Shown here one piece after another: positions 61,762-64,000 of a stretch of 64,000 nucleotides of DNA. The DNA comes from Schizochytrium sp. TIO01 (taxonomy: Eukaryota; Protista; Bigyra: Labyrinthulomycetes). Both the position numbers and the translations under genes were made by a program. Where the stretch lies: assembly GCA_004764695.1 (NCBI GenBank), contig SMSO01000014.1:2165648-2229647 (forward strand). The letters are read 5' to 3'. The notes beneath the pieces are model-generated. The model was not told the origin of the DNA. It saw only the letters and a list, made by a program, of their open reading frames with translations, and did not search any database. Within the stretch, counting starts at the first letter, position 1. Each line of letters begins with the position of its first letter.

Positions 61762-64000
61762 TTAGTTATCATGCTGTACTGAGCGGCCGTCGTTGCTGGA
61801 GCTGCCTTGACCACGACCACCACTGCCAGTGCCAGTGTTGTTGCGGCGACCACGACGAGAACCTCCAGATTTGGAGTTAAGCTCGAGACGGTTAAGAATA
61901 TGACGTCCATAGGTAAGACGCTTGAGCGTGCCCGCATTACGCTGAATGATAGTAACGATCTGCTCACGCTGATCGGGCTCTGCAACCTCCAACGCCTTTT
62001 GAATGACATAGTTGGCAAACTGGTCAGTCATCATCACCTCAAGGAGGGTCTTGGACTGGCTGCCCCCTGCAGCGGTTCCAGCGCCAGAACGGGTTGATTT
62101 AGCGTTGCTACCGGAGCGGTCGACTTCAAGCATTTTAGCAATCAGGTTGCGACGTTCCGCCTTATTTCCCGACTCAAGGCAACGCTCAACAACATTACTG
62201 GAGAACTTGTGTTGCGAGAAGCGAAGCAGGTTAAGTTTGACAATTTCAATCAATTCTGCGCGATGGCGGCTGAGGCAGCCGTCTTGGCCGTTCGGGCTGC
62301 CGTGCTGGATGATGTGCTGGGTCACGTAGTTGCCAAAGGAGTCCTGAATAAGGACTTCCACATTAGCCATGATCTCCGCCAGGAGAGGCTCGAGGCGGTC
62401 GTCCTCAGCGTTCTCCATAGCACGTTGGGCAACGCGACAAGCATAAGACTGGGTAGAGAGCTGCACCATGTTGCCCTTAAAGGCATCAAAAATAAAGTCG
62501 ATGCGCGACAGAGGGCGTACGCATTCGAGGAGTTTCTGAAGCACATGGTTTGCATTGTTGGAGCACGCACAACTAATGACATGTCCATCAAGCTCGTGCA
62601 GGAGCTTGTCCTGATATTCAACTGAGTACAACGTGGCACCCGGATCTCCGGGTTTGAGCGAGCGTGCCACTTCCTCGCCCTGTTCGCTGAAGATGCATTC
62701 AATCATCTTTTGGATTACACGGCAAGAGTAGCTGCCGTTGCTGTGGTCCACCATGTGGCCCTCAATAGCAACCTTGACAAGCTGCTCTTGCTGAGCTGGG
62801 GTGCTCGCGCCGTGCGTAAGAAGTTTCTGAATGGTGTAGTTTCCAAAGACATCGGCACATAAGCGACGAGCATGCGGCAGGATTTCTGCAACAAGGTTTT
62901 CCTTGTCTTCTGCTGAGACACTTGGGGAGTCCAGCTGCGTTTGCAGAAATCGACTTCCGTGTTGGTCCTTGGCGAACTCCACAACCTGACCTCGGATCGA
63001 TCGCAGTCCCCATTCCACGTCGGCAATAGGCGGTGTAGATTTCTTGTCGCGTTTAGGTCCGTTTGCAGGTCCTCGAGCACTACCAGCGTTGCTTTGAGCC
63101 TGTTGGCCTCGGACGTTGGCATCCTTGTGCCTTCCAGCACCGCTGCCACCGCTACCGTTGCGCGGGGATACTCCAACTTTGTTGTGCAGCTTCTCCAAGA
63201 GGTTGCACGGCGTGCCGTTGTCGTTCCCATTTCCTGCAGCGCCAGTCGCAGCATTTCTGGACTCCGCTGCAGTATCAACCTCAAGCTTGGCAGGACCCTT
63301 GCGGTCCTCATTTCCGCGAGTAGATTTTGGAGAGGGTGCCGCACTCGGTGCAGATCCTACTGAGTTGGTTGACGAAAGGTATCTTGCGCTACTCTGACCC
63401 GCTGGAGGTGACTGCGCAGCAGACGGCGGCAGTTGTGCGATCGAGGGCATCGCAAGTGTTGGCGACATCATTTCCGTCGGCATCATTCCTGGACTTGGCT
63501 GCGAGAATCCCGCTGCCGCGTAATATTGCGCTTGAGGAGCGTACGCGTACATTGCATAGCCTGAAGGTCCAAACGCCGGTGAGTACTGCACCATCGTCGG
63601 CATAGCTTGCTGCATATGAGCATGATGCTGGAATGCATTCTGGATATCCTCCATATGCCGCAGGTTATGCGTTTGCGGCGCATATGCGTTCTCACCCATG
63701 TCTTGATTAAGTTGCAGTGAAGGCATCATAAGCGGCGGTGGCAATTCCTGGTTTTGTTGGTTTTGCCTTTGATTAGCATCATTCTGACCTGAGGCATTCT
63801 TATTCTGTTTTCCATTATTGGCGTGTTTCTCTGCAGCTTGTTGTTGCTGGCGATAGAATTGCTGAAATTGCATCGACGTGGTCGGGGGTGTGCCCAAAAG
63901 CGACTGCGGAAGAAGTGGATGTAGAAACGGGGAAGGCCCAGGGCTTGGGGCAGGCGGTTCAGATCCATCGAGTTGTTGAGGTCTCGGGTAAAAGTCGAAG
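61762..64000 (-). CDS. PUM: Pumilio/PUF RNA-binding protein, 5'-partial (frame open to the window edge)
   Basis: Eight PUF repeats (SRFLQ, NYTIQ, CRVIQ, NHVLQ, CRVAQ, NYVTQ, SNVVE, NYVIQ), C-terminal YGRHIL and a Q/P-rich N-terminus. No stop codon between 63897 and 64000. Confidence 0.93.
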   Translation of the reverse strand, partial: FDFYPRPQQLDGSEPPAPSPGPSPFLHPLLPQSLLGTPPTTSMQFQQFYRQQQQAAEKHANNGKQNKNASGQNDANQRQNQQNQELPPPLMMPSLQLNQDMGENAYAPQTHNLRHMEDIQNAFQHHAHMQQAMPTMVQYSPAFGPSGYAMYAYAPQAQYYAAAGFSQPSPGMMPTEMMSPTLAMPSIAQLPPSAAQSPPAGQSSARYLSSTNSVGSAPSAAPSPKSTRGNEDRKGPAKLEVDTAAESRNAATGAAGNGNDNGTPCNLLEKLHNKVGVSPRNGSGGSGAGRHKDANVRGQQAQSNAGSARGPANGPKRDKKSTPPIADVEWGLRSIRGQVVEFAKDQHGSRFLQTQLDSPSVSAEDKENLVAEILPHARRLCADVFGNYTIQKLLTHGASTPAQQEQLVKVAIEGHMVDHSNGSYSCRVIQKMIECIFSEQGEEVARSLKPGDPGATLYSVEYQDKLLHELDGHVISCACSNNANHVLQKLLECVRPLSRIDFIFDAFKGNMVQLSTQSYACRVAQRAMENAEDDRLEPLLAEIMANVEVLIQDSFGNYVTQHIIQHGSPNGQDGCLSRHRAELIEIVKLNLLRFSQHKFSSNVVERCLESGNKAERRNLIAKMLEVDRSGSNAKSTRSGAGTAAGGSQSKTLLEVMMTDQFANYVIQKALEVAEPDQREQIVTIIQRNAGTLKRLTYGRHILNRLELNSKSGGSRRGRRNNTGTGSGGRGQGSSSNDGRSVQHDN

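Overview
Eukaryotic nuclear DNA, most consistent with a thraustochytrid/labyrinthulomycete-type stramenopile. This is inferred from intron-poor genes with GTAAGT donors and CTAAC branch points, long microsatellite-rich intergenic tracts, a flagellar CFAP77-like gene and PTxSP stalk repeats; the taxon is not proven. About 14 protein genes are supportable: SmG (1 intron), a myristoylation-motif hypothetical protein, DNMT2/TRDMT1, a Csm1/Pcs1-like kinetochore protein, a Yhm2-like mitochondrial carrier, an NT5DC-type HAD nucleotidase, an ABCB half-transporter with an inserted Cys/His zinc finger, a ~1487-aa multi-PAS hybrid histidine kinase (1 intron), a bacterial-type M12B metalloprotease (split ORF), a beta-trefoil/IQ protein, CFAP77-like, ZNF207/BuGZ-like, a membrane protein with CRAL-TRIO-like domains and a 5'-truncated Pumilio protein. 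Three gene-free tracts (~56-14000, ~22600-26600, ~37620-45400) contain long tetranucleotide microsatellites and AT-rich islands with inverted repeats. The best candidate for an undescribed system is the hybrid kinase, which has three tandem FixL-like heme-PAS repeats (proximal His codons exactly 360 nt apart) and may be a eukaryotic multi-heme O2/gas sensor. I found no rRNA, convincing tRNA, CRISPR array or intact mobile element. All family calls come from motif recognition by eye, not from database searches.
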